Source: a bacterium (lineage in GTDB: Bacteria > Bacillota > Clostridia > Christensenellales > CAG-314). From it: DNA of 62,222 bases. The notes beneath the pieces were generated by a model, which had not been told where the DNA came from, searched no databases, and worked only from the letters and a program-made list of their open reading frames with translations. A program made the position numbers and the translations under genes. The DNA lies in assembly GCA_963619835.1 (NCBI GenBank), contig CAVEYD010000001.1, positions 1 through 62,222 on the forward strand. The letters run 5' to 3'. This document shows, piece by piece, positions 45,219-55,364 of this stretch (its first letter is position 1; each line of letters opens with the position of its first letter).

Positions 45219-46959
45219 TGAATTGTTTAATTAAATCTTTTTGTATTATTGTAAGTGCATTTTGTAACGATGTGTTGCTACGTAAACTTGTTAGGTATCC
45301 ATTCCAAGATGCAACCGGGTTTTCTTTAAGTCCTAGCTTATAGTTTGTCAAGTCGCTGTTCATAGAAGCGATATCCGGATTGTTAAGTGCTGTTGCAACA
45401 GATGCATCTCGTCCAACAGTTGCAAATACAAAGTCCGAATACAGCAACGGAGAATAGCGTTTTTCGTTGTACATATATGTGCTGTATTCCAAAACCTTTG
45501 GATCGCTCGCATACGGCAAACGTATGTAAGTTGGGTTCCAGGTTAATAAGTATGAGGTAAATGTGTAAGATTGCATGTTTGTAGTTGAAATCGTGTTTTC
45601 AATTACATTTCCGTTGGCATCCTTAGCCTCATCCCAATGAACACCTTTGATTCCGTATTGGAATAGGTCATGGTTTTCACGAGACGAGAATAGCCAATCA
45701 AAGAATTTCATTATTTTGTCCACTTTCTTTTCGGAAACATTTTTAGGAATGCATAGATAGTTCCATGCGCGATAGTTTGTAGATTGAACGCCTTCTTCCT
45801 TATTTCTCACATCCGTATCATGCACAAATATTTCCAACTCCGCGGTAGGCTCGGCAGTTTTAAGTGCAGTTTCATATTCATTGAAATTGTTGATGCTTTG
45901 GACTACTGCGCCGCCAAGCCCGAGCTTAAACTTTGCATAGGCTTCTGTTTCGTTGCTGACATCACCCATCATTCCTGCCAAATTCCATCTGCGAACTATA
46001 TCATATCCCTCTTGCCAAGTAGCATCTTCTGTTTGAAATTGTGAAGGGAAAGAGGAAAGTCCGTTTGGTGTTGAAGGATCGAGGTTTGTTACATTTGCGG
46101 CAACGGCTTCACCGGTACGTTCATCTACATACACAACTCCGGAAAGAGAATTTGAGTTTAATGTAATATCAAATCTTACTCCGTTGTCATAGTAGTCTTT
46201 TGGTAAAACAGTACGAGCGGATTTAGTTTCAATAATATTGTATGCGCTGTATTGCCCGTCGTTGTTGCAAATAATTGGCGTTACGTTGGAAGGAATCGTT
46301 CCCTGTCCGGCATGCGCCTTTACCCAATAAATGTAGTATTCAAATTCATCAAAACTATCAATGCCGTCAGCAAGGTCGGCAGCGGTAACCGAATTGGTCG
46401 ACAAGTCGGTTGGTCTACTCCAAGAGGCATCTGCAGCACAAAGTGTGCGCCAATCTTTACGAATGAATGTGACAGCAATATCTCCAAATGACTCTGTAAT
46501 GGGAATTCCATAAACACCGTCGCTGTACTTGTTGTTTTCAATATACTCCGCACTAAAAGCCTTCTTTAGTCCCGGGTAGTCGTCGTTGTTAAAATATTTT
46601 TCCAAGTTGTAGTAATAACCTGTATTTGCGAAACGTTCAAGCAAAATCCATTGAGCATCATATACTACATCATAGGTCGTTTTCTTCGACGAAAAATATA
46701 AATTTAAATTTTGCTTATAAGTATCGGAAGTCGCCTCAAATTTAAAGTCTAAAGTGAGGCCTCCGTTTTGCTTTGCATACTTAGTGTTATACTCATCTAA
46801 CACTTCTTTAAAACCGGACGGCATAAGACCATCGGCGTTCCAAAGATAAAATTTGATATCTGACGATTCGTCTTCAGTTGTTTGTGCACAAGATATAAGC
46901 ATCGGTGCAATCAAAGCAATTAACAGTACTACGACAATCGCAACAAAATTTTTTTTCAT
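45190..46959 (-). CDS. Extracellular solute-binding lipoprotein (LplA-like, carbohydrate ABC importer)
   Basis: About 589 aa from the ATG at 46959 (AAGGAGG RBS). Lipobox LISC. Large family-1 SBP located upstream of the LplB/LplC-type permeases. Confidence 0.85.
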   Translation of the reverse strand: MKKNFVAIVVVLLIALIAPMLISCAQTTEDESSDIKFYLWNADGLMPSGFKEVLDEYNTKYAKQNGGLTLDFKFEATSDTYKQNLNLYFSSKKTTYDVVYDAQWILLERFANTGYYYNLEKYFNNDDYPGLKKAFSAEYIENNKYSDGVYGIPITESFGDIAVTFIRKDWRTLCAADASWSRPTDLSTNSVTAADLADGIDSFDEFEYYIYWVKAHAGQGTIPSNVTPIICNNDGQYSAYNIIETKSARTVLPKDYYDNGVRFDITLNSNSLSGVVYVDERTGEAVAANVTNLDPSTPNGLSSFPSQFQTEDATWQEGYDIVRRWNLAGMMGDVSNETEAYAKFKLGLGGAVVQSINNFNEYETALKTAEPTAELEIFVHDTDVRNKEEGVQSTNYRAWNYLCIPKNVSEKKVDKIMKFFDWLFSSRENHDLFQYGIKGVHWDEAKDANGNVIENTISTTNMQSYTFTSYLLTWNPTYIRLPYASDPKVLEYSTYMYNEKRYSPLLYSDFVFATVGRDASVATALNNPDIASMNSDLTNYKLGLKENPVASWNGYLTSLRSNTSLQNALTIIQKDLIKQFNEYLEKIDK

Positions 46960-47025
46960 ACAGTCCTCCTTAAAAGTTTTTTTGAACAAACCACATAATC
47001 ACAAAATTGATTTTAAATTGGCCAA

Positions 47026-47931
47026 CTATTCTTTTACTCCACCAACACGCAATCCTTTTACAAAATACTTCTGTAAGAAAGGATAAAGTAAAATTATCGG
47101 TCCGACGGTAACCATTGCCGTTGCCAAACGTATTGTATTTGCCGGAACAGACATTATTCCGGGTGGAAGACCTGCCTGTCCAACATTTTGTGCGGCGGAA
47201 ATACTATTTACCATACGAACAATGATATATTGAAGTGTATACAAATTTTCATTGTCAATATAGAGAGAACTTGACATCCACTCATTCCAAAAAGACAAAG
47301 CAGTGAAAAGGCCTATGGTCGCCATCGCCGGCAACGATAACGGCAATACAATTTTAAATGCAATAACACCCTCACTCGCTCCGTCAATTTGAGCAGACTC
47401 TATCAATGACGATGGGATTTCATTAAAGAAATTCCTCAACAAAAACATATTCCACACATTGAAACTCGCAGGAATTATGTAAACCCAAATGGTGTTGTCT
47501 AAATGTAGGTAGTTTGTTAATAACAAGTAGTACGCAACAAGTCCGCCACTAAACAAACAAGTAAAATAGAAAAATAGATTTATTGCATTGCGATACTTCA
47601 GCTTTTTTCCGGAAAGAGCGTAGGCTGCAAGACTTGTTACTACAAGAGAAAGTGCCGTTCCGACTACAGTAATAAAGATTGTTACCAAATAAGCTTGAGG
47701 AATAACATTGTTGGCAAAGATCGTTCTATACGCATCTAAAGAAAACTTTGACGGAATAAGACGATAACCTTCCCTTACAAGCGTGTTTTCATCGGCAAAA
47801 GAACTAATCAGCACTTGATAGAACGGATAGAGACACAAAAGCGAAAAAATAGCAAGAATAGCATAAAATACGACGTTTAGAATTATATCGCTTTTGTTCT
47901 TTTTAATTTTATTTTTGTTTTTAAATTTCAT
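47026..47931 (-). CDS. Carbohydrate ABC transporter permease (LplC-like)
   Basis: About 301 aa from the ATG at 47931 (1 nt after the upstream stop). 6 TM segments and an EAA-type loop (ESAQIDGASEGVIAFKIVLP). Confidence 0.85.
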   Translation of the reverse strand: MKFKNKNKIKKNKSDIILNVVFYAILAIFSLLCLYPFYQVLISSFADENTLVREGYRLIPSKFSLDAYRTIFANNVIPQAYLVTIFITVVGTALSLVVTSLAAYALSGKKLKYRNAINLFFYFTCLFSGGLVAYYLLLTNYLHLDNTIWVYIIPASFNVWNMFLLRNFFNEIPSSLIESAQIDGASEGVIAFKIVLPLSLPAMATIGLFTALSFWNEWMSSSLYIDNENLYTLQYIIVRMVNSISAAQNVGQAGLPPGIMSVPANTIRLATAMVTVGPIILLYPFLQKYFVKGLRVGGVKE

Positions 47932-47932
47932 A

Positions 47933-48880
47933 TTAGAATAATGATGATTCAGGCGCATAACGTTTTGTAAGGCCATTGGCAACAAGCACCATTACAAATC
48001 CAAGAATAGATTGATATAAACCGACTGCCATAGTTTTACTAAAATCGCTTTGGGAACGAAGTGCTCGATAAACATACGTATCGATTACGTCAGTTGTCGG
48101 ATAGAGCAACGAATTATCACCGATAAAGGGATAAATCATTCCAAAGTCACCTCGGAAAATGTTTCCGATACTTAAAAGTAGTTGCAAAATGATTATTTCT
48201 TTTAATAACGGCAAAGTCACTTTAAAAATACATTGTATTCTGTTTGCGCCATCTATTTTGGCCGCCTCATAAATATCCGGGGAAATTCCGGCTATTGACG
48301 CCATATAAACAATCGATCCCCAACCGGCGCTCTTCCAAACTCGAATAATAACAAACGTTAAGCGCCAAACTGACGGATCGGTACTAAAACTAATTTTTTC
48401 TCCGCCAATGTTTGAAATAATGCTGTTAATTATTCCGTCGGTTGAAAGAAATGCCACTGAAAACAATGCTATTGATGCCCAACTGACAAAGTTAGGCAGT
48501 GTCATAAACGTCTGCGACAATTTTACATATATTTTATTGCTTAACTCGCTTAGTACTATTGCTATAAACAAAGATGCAACAGTCCCCGTAATAATAAATA
48601 AAGCATTGAGATAAAGAGTGTTCACTGTCACTTCTATCCACTTGGAGCCGCTAAAGAAAAACTTAAAATTTTCAAACCATACCCATTTGCTACCAAATAT
48701 TCCTTGCACAGGGTCATAGTCTTCAAAAGCGATAAGCAATCCTACCATCGGCAAATATGCAAAGACTAATATAAAAATTATTGCAGGCAACAAAAGTGCA
48801 TATCTTCCCTTATTTTTTATCAATTCGGGCTTCTTTTTTAGCACTATACGATTTGTGTTAGTTAAATTTGATTGTTTCAT
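47933..48880 (-). CDS. Carbohydrate ABC transporter permease (LplB-like)
   Basis: 315 aa. 6 TM segments and an EAA loop (EAAKIDGANRIQCIFKVTLP). Confidence 0.85.
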   Translation of the reverse strand: MKQSNLTNTNRIVLKKKPELIKNKGRYALLLPAIIFILVFAYLPMVGLLIAFEDYDPVQGIFGSKWVWFENFKFFFSGSKWIEVTVNTLYLNALFIITGTVASLFIAIVLSELSNKIYVKLSQTFMTLPNFVSWASIALFSVAFLSTDGIINSIISNIGGEKISFSTDPSVWRLTFVIIRVWKSAGWGSIVYMASIAGISPDIYEAAKIDGANRIQCIFKVTLPLLKEIIILQLLLSIGNIFRGDFGMIYPFIGDNSLLYPTTDVIDTYVYRALRSQSDFSKTMAVGLYQSILGFVMVLVANGLTKRYAPESSLF

Positions 48881-49817
48881 ACTCTAAAAAAGGATCTTCT
48901 ATTGTTGCACTACCTACGACACTATCGCCTAGCCCCGTATAAATAGTTGCTGTTCCGTCTTGATGTCGAACAACTCCTGCCGTAAATGTTACATCATACA
49001 AACGATCTTCGCGAGGATCGGCATAAGGAAAACAATCTCGGCTAATGATGATTTTCATATCGGTTGTTTCTCTATTCAAGGGATTAACTGCAAATGCCGT
49101 GCCATAATAATGGAGATGATCTCCGTCCGGATCAAAACTGTGATAACTCTTGTGGCCAATCACACCAATAAGCCCATTTTTTAACTCATATGCCGAATTG
49201 CTTCCGCCCCACTCATCGCAAAGGAAAAAGTCATTTAACGGAGGAGCTTTTTCAATGACTTCCGCATTGAGTTCCGCAAGAGAATTTATGGTTGTAAAAC
49301 CTATTCTCGTCAAATGCCCGTCATTAATTTCCTTTCCTAGCGGGCGTGAAAAAACACATATTTTTTTATTCGAAAGCTGAACAAGTCGTATATCTTTCAT
49401 ATGTTTTGGACCACACGTAAGATATTGAACGTCATTTATGTTTGTACAAATATAAAATACTGTTTTCCAGTCAATTTCGTTTTCTGTTTGAAAGATTTTT
49501 ACGCCGGAAATCAACACTTTTCCATCGATAACAGCGACCGACGGATCTTCCATTTCGAAAACAGGTGCATCCGGTACAATATGCCATTCGTCATCTACTT
49601 TTTCAAAGAAATAAACTGTAGAATATTGCCCGGTTCTCGGTTGGGTACGACAGAGAATGTATTCTCTGCCGTCCAACACGAAGGGGATAGACGGATTGTA
49701 ACAATCCAACACTTTATTAGTTACAAACTTTTCTATTTTTGCATTTTTAACGCAAGCGATTTTCTTAAAAGTTTCGTATTGAATTTTTGCTTGCATTGGA
49801 GTAAACTTACCAAACAT
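48858..49817 (-). CDS. Cytoplasmic beta-propeller glycosidase/phosphorylase-like protein (possibly DUF1861 family; tentative)
   Basis: About 319 aa from the ATG at 49817 (TAATG overlap with the upstream stop; AAGGAAG RBS). No signal peptide. Blade-like repeats (YNPSIPFVLDGREYILCR, EDPSVAVIDGKVLISG, YGTAFAV..). The family name is recalled from memory and not verified. Confidence 0.55.
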   Translation of the reverse strand: MFGKFTPMQAKIQYETFKKIACVKNAKIEKFVTNKVLDCYNPSIPFVLDGREYILCRTQPRTGQYSTVYFFEKVDDEWHIVPDAPVFEMEDPSVAVIDGKVLISGVKIFQTENEIDWKTVFYICTNINDVQYLTCGPKHMKDIRLVQLSNKKICVFSRPLGKEINDGHLTRIGFTTINSLAELNAEVIEKAPPLNDFFLCDEWGGSNSAYELKNGLIGVIGHKSYHSFDPDGDHLHYYGTAFAVNPLNRETTDMKIIISRDCFPYADPREDRLYDVTFTAGVVRHQDGTATIYTGLGDSVVGSATIEDPFLEYETIKFN

Positions 49818-52800
49818 TAATTTTCTTCCTTTTTTCTTATTGTTACCGCTAATATGCTGCCGATAATCACTGCCACATATAATGATAGTCCAGAAATCGT
49901 ACTTCCGCAACCATTTTTTTTCGGTTCGGGCGTGGGTTCCTCGATAACTATGTATTCAATACTGCCGACATCGCTATCATAGTATTTATCTCCCCTTGCT
50001 ACTACTGTCACCGTATATGTATCTGCTTGCAAGAGGAATGATAGATCCACGTTCGTCTGTTCTGTTGTTGTACTATACAACACACCATACTCGTTAGATA
50101 CAGTAACTAAGTATGTTTTTGCATTTTCTACGCTGTTCCACTCAACCAAGTTGTCTTTAACTGTTAGACTCGGTGCGACAAGCTCTCCTAAAACAGGCGA
50201 AACATAACCATCTGATACGGTAAACACGCGAGAGAATTTGATTTCAACCGTAGGATTTGCCACGTCGGGAGTCATCCCTGTAATACCGAAACAGAATCTC
50301 ACAGAATGAGTGCCGGTTAATACAGATTCCGGAGCCTCTTCACGTTCGCGCAAGGTGCCAACTATATCAATCCAACGATCTTTGTTGTCTGCTACGTTGT
50401 CTGTAATGTAGTAAATTTGACCGTCTATATACATACGAAGATAGTAACCGTGCGTTACATTACCAAATTGCAAATGCCAAATTGGATTTTTGTCCATGTC
50501 AAGGTTGAATGCAGACGTTCCAATTTCGCCCCAGTTTCCGCCGGTTGGCAACTGCAAAAGAGCAGAACCGTTTTCCATCAGAGTAGCAAAAGCATTGTTG
50601 TTTACCGGAGTGCACGTTGTTAGTACTTTACCGGTATAACGTGCGACTGTCGGTGTTGCGAATGCAAAGTCTGAGTATTCCGAGCTAATATATGCAACCT
50701 CGTCTCCCAATGCACGAATCTGCAGTTTGTAGTTAAAGTTAGGCAAACCGATTTCCGACAAGTCTATGTAATTGTTTGTGGTTGTAGTTTCGTCAATCAC
50801 AACTTGATCGTTATCAACGTCTACAAGTTTGTACAAATAGGCTTGTGCACTTGCTACGGCATCAAAACGAATAGTCATTCCGTCGTATTCTATTGCAGAA
50901 ATTTTATCTAATGTAATGCTTTGTACATTTCCCTGTTTGAATCCCTGCGAAGTGGAATCTCCACTTAGTGCATTTTCGGACAATGGGGTAACAGTTATTT
51001 TGTATATGCCGTCTGTTAAAGCAAGCGACGCTACATTATATTCTGTTGATTTTAATTTTTCTATGGTTTTTACAACTTCATTTTGTGAATTTGCAATTTC
51101 CACTTTGTAATAACTAGCACCACTTACACTTTGCCACGAGATATTGTCGCCGTCAATCGCTATTTTTTCGATTTTGTTTAGTTTGTAAATAAATCTAACT
51201 GAATTGATTTTTACAATAGAGTCTACACCTTCACATTCGAATTTAAAAGACATATCCGCTTTTGCCTGAGTGGACGAGTAGCCCGCTTCTGCCAGTTTAG
51301 ACATAACGTCTATCGATATATCTCCGCTTTGCGTGTAACCCTTCTTTGGAGTAAGCAAATAACTTTCATTGTTTATTACCGCATAAACCTTTAATGCACC
51401 GCTAATTTCAGAAGTGTTTATTACAATAGTCGGATTTTTAGCTTGTGCAACTTTAACGGCTGACGTGTAAATGGCTGCTGAGCCCGCTAAATTTTCTCTA
51501 ATGCAAGCTACTCCGTTTTGAATATAAGATTGAGTGTTGAGACTTTCGTCTATATTCCAACTTGTAATATCTCTACCGGACAACACAGTTCCCTTATCAA
51601 ATGCCGGTTTTACTTCAGAATATGATGTGATAACTTTACGGACATCAACATAATTTTGTCCGCCTGTAACATCAACCTGCAAATAAACGGATTGCACTCC
51701 CGTGAGAGAAAAATTTGGATTTATTGCATAAAGTGCATCCAAAATGTTTACAGTCTTTTGTGTGTTTTTGGAGGTAGCAAGCGAAGTCAACTCATAACGA
51801 GTACCTTCGTCAAAAAACGTGATACCGAGTGACCACTTTCCCAAGGAATCTGCAACGGCAACTGTAACTTGTGGATTTCTGTCAAGATTCAACTCAAATT
51901 TTCCGCAAGCTCCTCTGCTGGAGGTTACGTTTGACGATGAGTCCGGGTTAGCAATTCGATAATCGTTTGTTGCGTTTCCTAGTGCAGTTATTGTGCCTTT
52001 TGTCGATGAAGTTCTGTTTCCGCTCCATTCGTCAAACATTTCTCCGGACACCGTTACTCCCCATTCGGTTAATTGATAATAGGTTTCAATTTGTTTTAGA
52101 GTCACTTTAGAATCGGCACTATCTAAGATTATTAAAATCTTTATGTTGTTCATTCCGGATTTTACGTCACCAGGGAATAACTTTTTCATTAGAGAAGGAA
52201 TAATGAAAGTTTGCTCTGCAGTGCCGGTTATTCCGGAAGCAAATTTGTAGACATTAGTGTCGCCTTCGAACAAAACTCCTACAGAATACGAGCCTGTCAC
52301 TTCCCCGACGGTAATTTTAAATACAGGGTTTCTTGTAATGTCGCTGTAGATGTTGGGACTTGCAATCGCACCAACTGTTTTTCCGCCTGCAACTGCAAAT
52401 TGAGTAGTTGCTTTTGACGTGTAACTTGCTTCCGCAAGTCCGTCGGACGAATAGTCTGTGCAGTTTTCCCACAAGTTTAGATAGCCGGGAGTAAACTCGA
52501 ATCCCCATTCGTACTGTTTAGGTTCGTCTACAACAGGTGCATCATAAAAATAGTAAATAGAGATATCTTCAATTGTTACACTACATCCAACATTGCCCGT
52601 TGGCAAAATCCATATTGCAACCTGCTGAATGCCTTCTTTATTAAAGGAACGATCCTCGTCCTTTATTTTTTCCATAATGTCAATACTTTGACGACCTGTA
52701 CTATCTGTATCGCGTATTAGGTAATAGCCGACATTAGAACCACCCTTTACATACACTTTCAATGCCCACTGTGAACTTGTTTGTGTGACACCGAATTCCA

Positions 52801-55225
52801 GAATCGGGTTACGTGACAAATCAAGAGTAAAATATTTAGAAAATGCAGATGCATACGAAAGTGAGCCTGCCGCGGTAAACTTAGTTCCGTCGCCTTCCGT
52901 TGTGACATTGCAATCATATGGCAACCTTGTTCCATCCGGACCGCTGTTCCATGTTTCTTTGTTGGAGCTAAAAGCCTCACTCTGATCTTCAGCAGAATTA
53001 AATATAACAGCCTGCTCCATTTTTGATTTTGTTACACTTACTCCTAATGTGTACTTTTCTTCTCCACCGTTTTTCAACTTCATTGACAACACAATCGTTC
53101 CGCTGCCACTACGAATAGCATCATTATTGGCAACATCTATTTCTATGTAGTCAGTAGGAACTTCTTTGGAGCTGTACACTTGCTTTCCAAGCATTGTAAT
53201 AGATACTTCAGAAAGACTTGTAGACGAATCTATTTGGCAATTAAGTTTGATTCTTACCTTGTTTTTAATCTTATCGCCATTTGATACGCTTACCCATTCG
53301 TTATCGTCTGAATATTGTTCAACTGTTCCCGTCAAGCTACTACGAGACGTTGCAACGTATTTACCATCCAAGTAGTAAACACCTTTCTCGGTGGTAATTT
53401 CGCCGTTTTCGGGCAGTTCGACAATAACAGTTGAAACACTTGCCTTTGCGATAAATGTAACGTCTGTGCCACTACCGCTTGTTGTAATAAATTTTTTATT
53501 GACCGCATCGTACAAGCGATTGCTTGCAGATGTTTTTGTATAACTAATTTCTTTGTCCGTATCGTACGGATTGTAATACATGTATGTTGGAAAATCTTTT
53601 GCGCCAAAGTAGTCTAATGCGTTTAAGTCTATACGTAAAACTTGTGTGACGTTTGTTGCAGAAATTGATGCACCGAACATACCTACGTGAGAAGAGCCGT
53701 ACATTCCAAAGTCGGTATTCCCGTCCCAGTAGGTCAAACTGTCACCACTGGCATAAGGAGAGCGTGTCTTGTCCGTGAAATTTGTCTTTTTCCCGTCAGT
53801 TGTCCAGTGAAATCCCTTGCGATATTTACGCAAACCTTCGTACGCAATAAACCCGGATTCCGGATCTTCGGAAGAAAAGTAATTGCTTGATTGATAGTAG
53901 CCACTCCAGTGAGTACGTGTCGTTCCGTCTGACATTGTGTCGGTAATGTACTCGCCTTCCGTGGAATAATTTTCTCCGTAAAAATATCTTGCAGCATTGG
54001 ACGCGTTGAGAATCCATTTTCCTATCGAATTAGCAAAACGTGTATCATACTTTACAAGAGGGAGAAATCCCCATGCAGCATCAAAAGTGTTCATTGTAAA
54101 CGCATATCCGCCACCATCGGAGAGACTTCCCATAAGTCCGTATGTATGCTTGTTTCCCCAACTTTCGTTTATCATTCCCCAACCATGACGAACTTTGCTT
54201 GAGCCGTCAAGCGTCCAGTTGATATACTTTGCAATATCGTAATTTTTTCCATGCAAAGCATTAAGTTTTGCGGCAATGGGAGGGGCTAAAAATGTAAGAA
54301 CTTCATAAAACGGGGAATAGGTTAAGTTGTCCAAGTAATCCATTGCCCACATACATTTTGTTAAAAATTGAGATGAATAGCTTCCGTATTCTTCATCACC
54401 ATTGGACACGGCATATGCGCCATATAAAATATATGCAATGCCTGCAGCGGCATCTGGCTCTTTCCAATTACCATATGTGGCTTCGCCGGTTGAAACATTA
54501 AATCCAAAGACATCCGAGAAATCGCAGTTGGCTCCGCCTAAACCATCGACGGCTTGCATCCAGCTTTTACCCATTTCAACAATAATTTCTTTTAGGTAAG
54601 TTTCTTGAGGATAATATTCGTACAAGTTAACGAACAGACATCCCGGCAACAATGTGTACCAAAAAGAACCACCGGTTGAGGCACCTGTACTGTTCAAAAC
54701 AACATTTTCGCCGCTTTGAGCTTGGTAAAATGCTACCATATCCCTCACATAGTTACGAGGCTGTTGTCCATTTACCGAATAATTTGTCATGTCAAGTCCG
54801 ACTTGGGCGCCTGTAAGCACTGCGGCAATACAGTTGATACCTTCCGCGCCACCGCCTTCGAGACCGAGGTAAGATTTTATCCCCCAAAAAACATTTCCGG
54901 ACTCCTCAAAAAAAGCATCAATATTTTTGGCTATATCTAATTGATTTACGGGAATTGGATTTTCTGCCAAAGAGTTTCCTTTGGAGTCGTATCCGCTGTA
55001 GACGGAACTGTTGTCCAAAATGTAATCGACGTAATTTATTGCAGTTTGTTTCCAATCTTTATATTCGTAATCTGTCGCTACGGACGGCAAACCGTCCATC
55101 CTTGCAATTGACATACTTATACTTGCCTCCGCTATTTGAGTAACGTTACTCAACAATGCTTGACAACCTAAGCTAACAACCAAAATAGATGCCAGCAATA
55201 TTATGCCGATGGTTTTCCTTTTCAT
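49817..55225 (-). CDS. Giant cell-surface protein (~1802 aa): N-terminal alpha/alpha-barrel-like putative catalytic region, 5 copies of an uncharacterised module, Fn3-like repeats, and a C-terminal TM anchor
   Basis: ATG at 55225 (GGTGGAGG RBS) and a signal peptide. N-terminal ~600 aa are rich in W/Y/G helices (GGSFWYTLLPG, EPDAAAGIAYILYG). Repeated blocks ..SRNPILEFGV.., ..TRNPVFKITV.., ..DRNPQVTVAV.., ..AKNPTIVINT.., ..DKNPIWHLQF... Three Fn3-like units (ISWQSVSGASYYKVEI, VEWNSVENAKTYLVTV). C-terminal segment GLSLYVAVIIGSILAVTI followed by RKKEEN. Confidence 0.85.
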   Translation of the reverse strand: MKRKTIGIILLASILVVSLGCQALLSNVTQIAEASISMSIARMDGLPSVATDYEYKDWKQTAINYVDYILDNSSVYSGYDSKGNSLAENPIPVNQLDIAKNIDAFFEESGNVFWGIKSYLGLEGGGAEGINCIAAVLTGAQVGLDMTNYSVNGQQPRNYVRDMVAFYQAQSGENVVLNSTGASTGGSFWYTLLPGCLFVNLYEYYPQETYLKEIIVEMGKSWMQAVDGLGGANCDFSDVFGFNVSTGEATYGNWKEPDAAAGIAYILYGAYAVSNGDEEYGSYSSQFLTKCMWAMDYLDNLTYSPFYEVLTFLAPPIAAKLNALHGKNYDIAKYINWTLDGSSKVRHGWGMINESWGNKHTYGLMGSLSDGGGYAFTMNTFDAAWGFLPLVKYDTRFANSIGKWILNASNAARYFYGENYSTEGEYITDTMSDGTTRTHWSGYYQSSNYFSSEDPESGFIAYEGLRKYRKGFHWTTDGKKTNFTDKTRSPYASGDSLTYWDGNTDFGMYGSSHVGMFGASISATNVTQVLRIDLNALDYFGAKDFPTYMYYNPYDTDKEISYTKTSASNRLYDAVNKKFITTSGSGTDVTFIAKASVSTVIVELPENGEITTEKGVYYLDGKYVATSRSSLTGTVEQYSDDNEWVSVSNGDKIKNKVRIKLNCQIDSSTSLSEVSITMLGKQVYSSKEVPTDYIEIDVANNDAIRSGSGTIVLSMKLKNGGEEKYTLGVSVTKSKMEQAVIFNSAEDQSEAFSSNKETWNSGPDGTRLPYDCNVTTEGDGTKFTAAGSLSYASAFSKYFTLDLSRNPILEFGVTQTSSQWALKVYVKGGSNVGYYLIRDTDSTGRQSIDIMEKIKDEDRSFNKEGIQQVAIWILPTGNVGCSVTIEDISIYYFYDAPVVDEPKQYEWGFEFTPGYLNLWENCTDYSSDGLAEASYTSKATTQFAVAGGKTVGAIASPNIYSDITRNPVFKITVGEVTGSYSVGVLFEGDTNVYKFASGITGTAEQTFIIPSLMKKLFPGDVKSGMNNIKILIILDSADSKVTLKQIETYYQLTEWGVTVSGEMFDEWSGNRTSSTKGTITALGNATNDYRIANPDSSSNVTSSRGACGKFELNLDRNPQVTVAVADSLGKWSLGITFFDEGTRYELTSLATSKNTQKTVNILDALYAINPNFSLTGVQSVYLQVDVTGGQNYVDVRKVITSYSEVKPAFDKGTVLSGRDITSWNIDESLNTQSYIQNGVACIRENLAGSAAIYTSAVKVAQAKNPTIVINTSEISGALKVYAVINNESYLLTPKKGYTQSGDISIDVMSKLAEAGYSSTQAKADMSFKFECEGVDSIVKINSVRFIYKLNKIEKIAIDGDNISWQSVSGASYYKVEIANSQNEVVKTIEKLKSTEYNVASLALTDGIYKITVTPLSENALSGDSTSQGFKQGNVQSITLDKISAIEYDGMTIRFDAVASAQAYLYKLVDVDNDQVVIDETTTTNNYIDLSEIGLPNFNYKLQIRALGDEVAYISSEYSDFAFATPTVARYTGKVLTTCTPVNNNAFATLMENGSALLQLPTGGNWGEIGTSAFNLDMDKNPIWHLQFGNVTHGYYLRMYIDGQIYYITDNVADNKDRWIDIVGTLREREEAPESVLTGTHSVRFCFGITGMTPDVANPTVEIKFSRVFTVSDGYVSPVLGELVAPSLTVKDNLVEWNSVENAKTYLVTVSNEYGVLYSTTTEQTNVDLSFLLQADTYTVTVVARGDKYYDSDVGSIEYIVIEEPTPEPKKNGCGSTISGLSLYVAVIIGSILAVTIRKKEEN

Positions 55226-55305
55226 TGTCCTCCACCTTTGGTTAACTAAACCTTTTAACACAGTGTTTTGTCACAAAATTTGCTTTATAAAAAATCTCTA
55301 TTAGA

Positions 55306-55338
55306 TGAGGGACGTAATTGTTTTGCGTCCCCCATCGT
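55306..55338 (-). terminator. Hairpin between the two giant surface-protein genes (attenuator candidate)
   Basis: Minus-strand read GAUGGGGGACG-CAAAACAAUUA-CGUCCCUCAUC (11 bp, one G.U pair). The U6 run lies only 9 nt further downstream. Confidence 0.4.
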
Positions 55339-55364
55339 TTGAGTTTTCACTCATTTTGTTTATT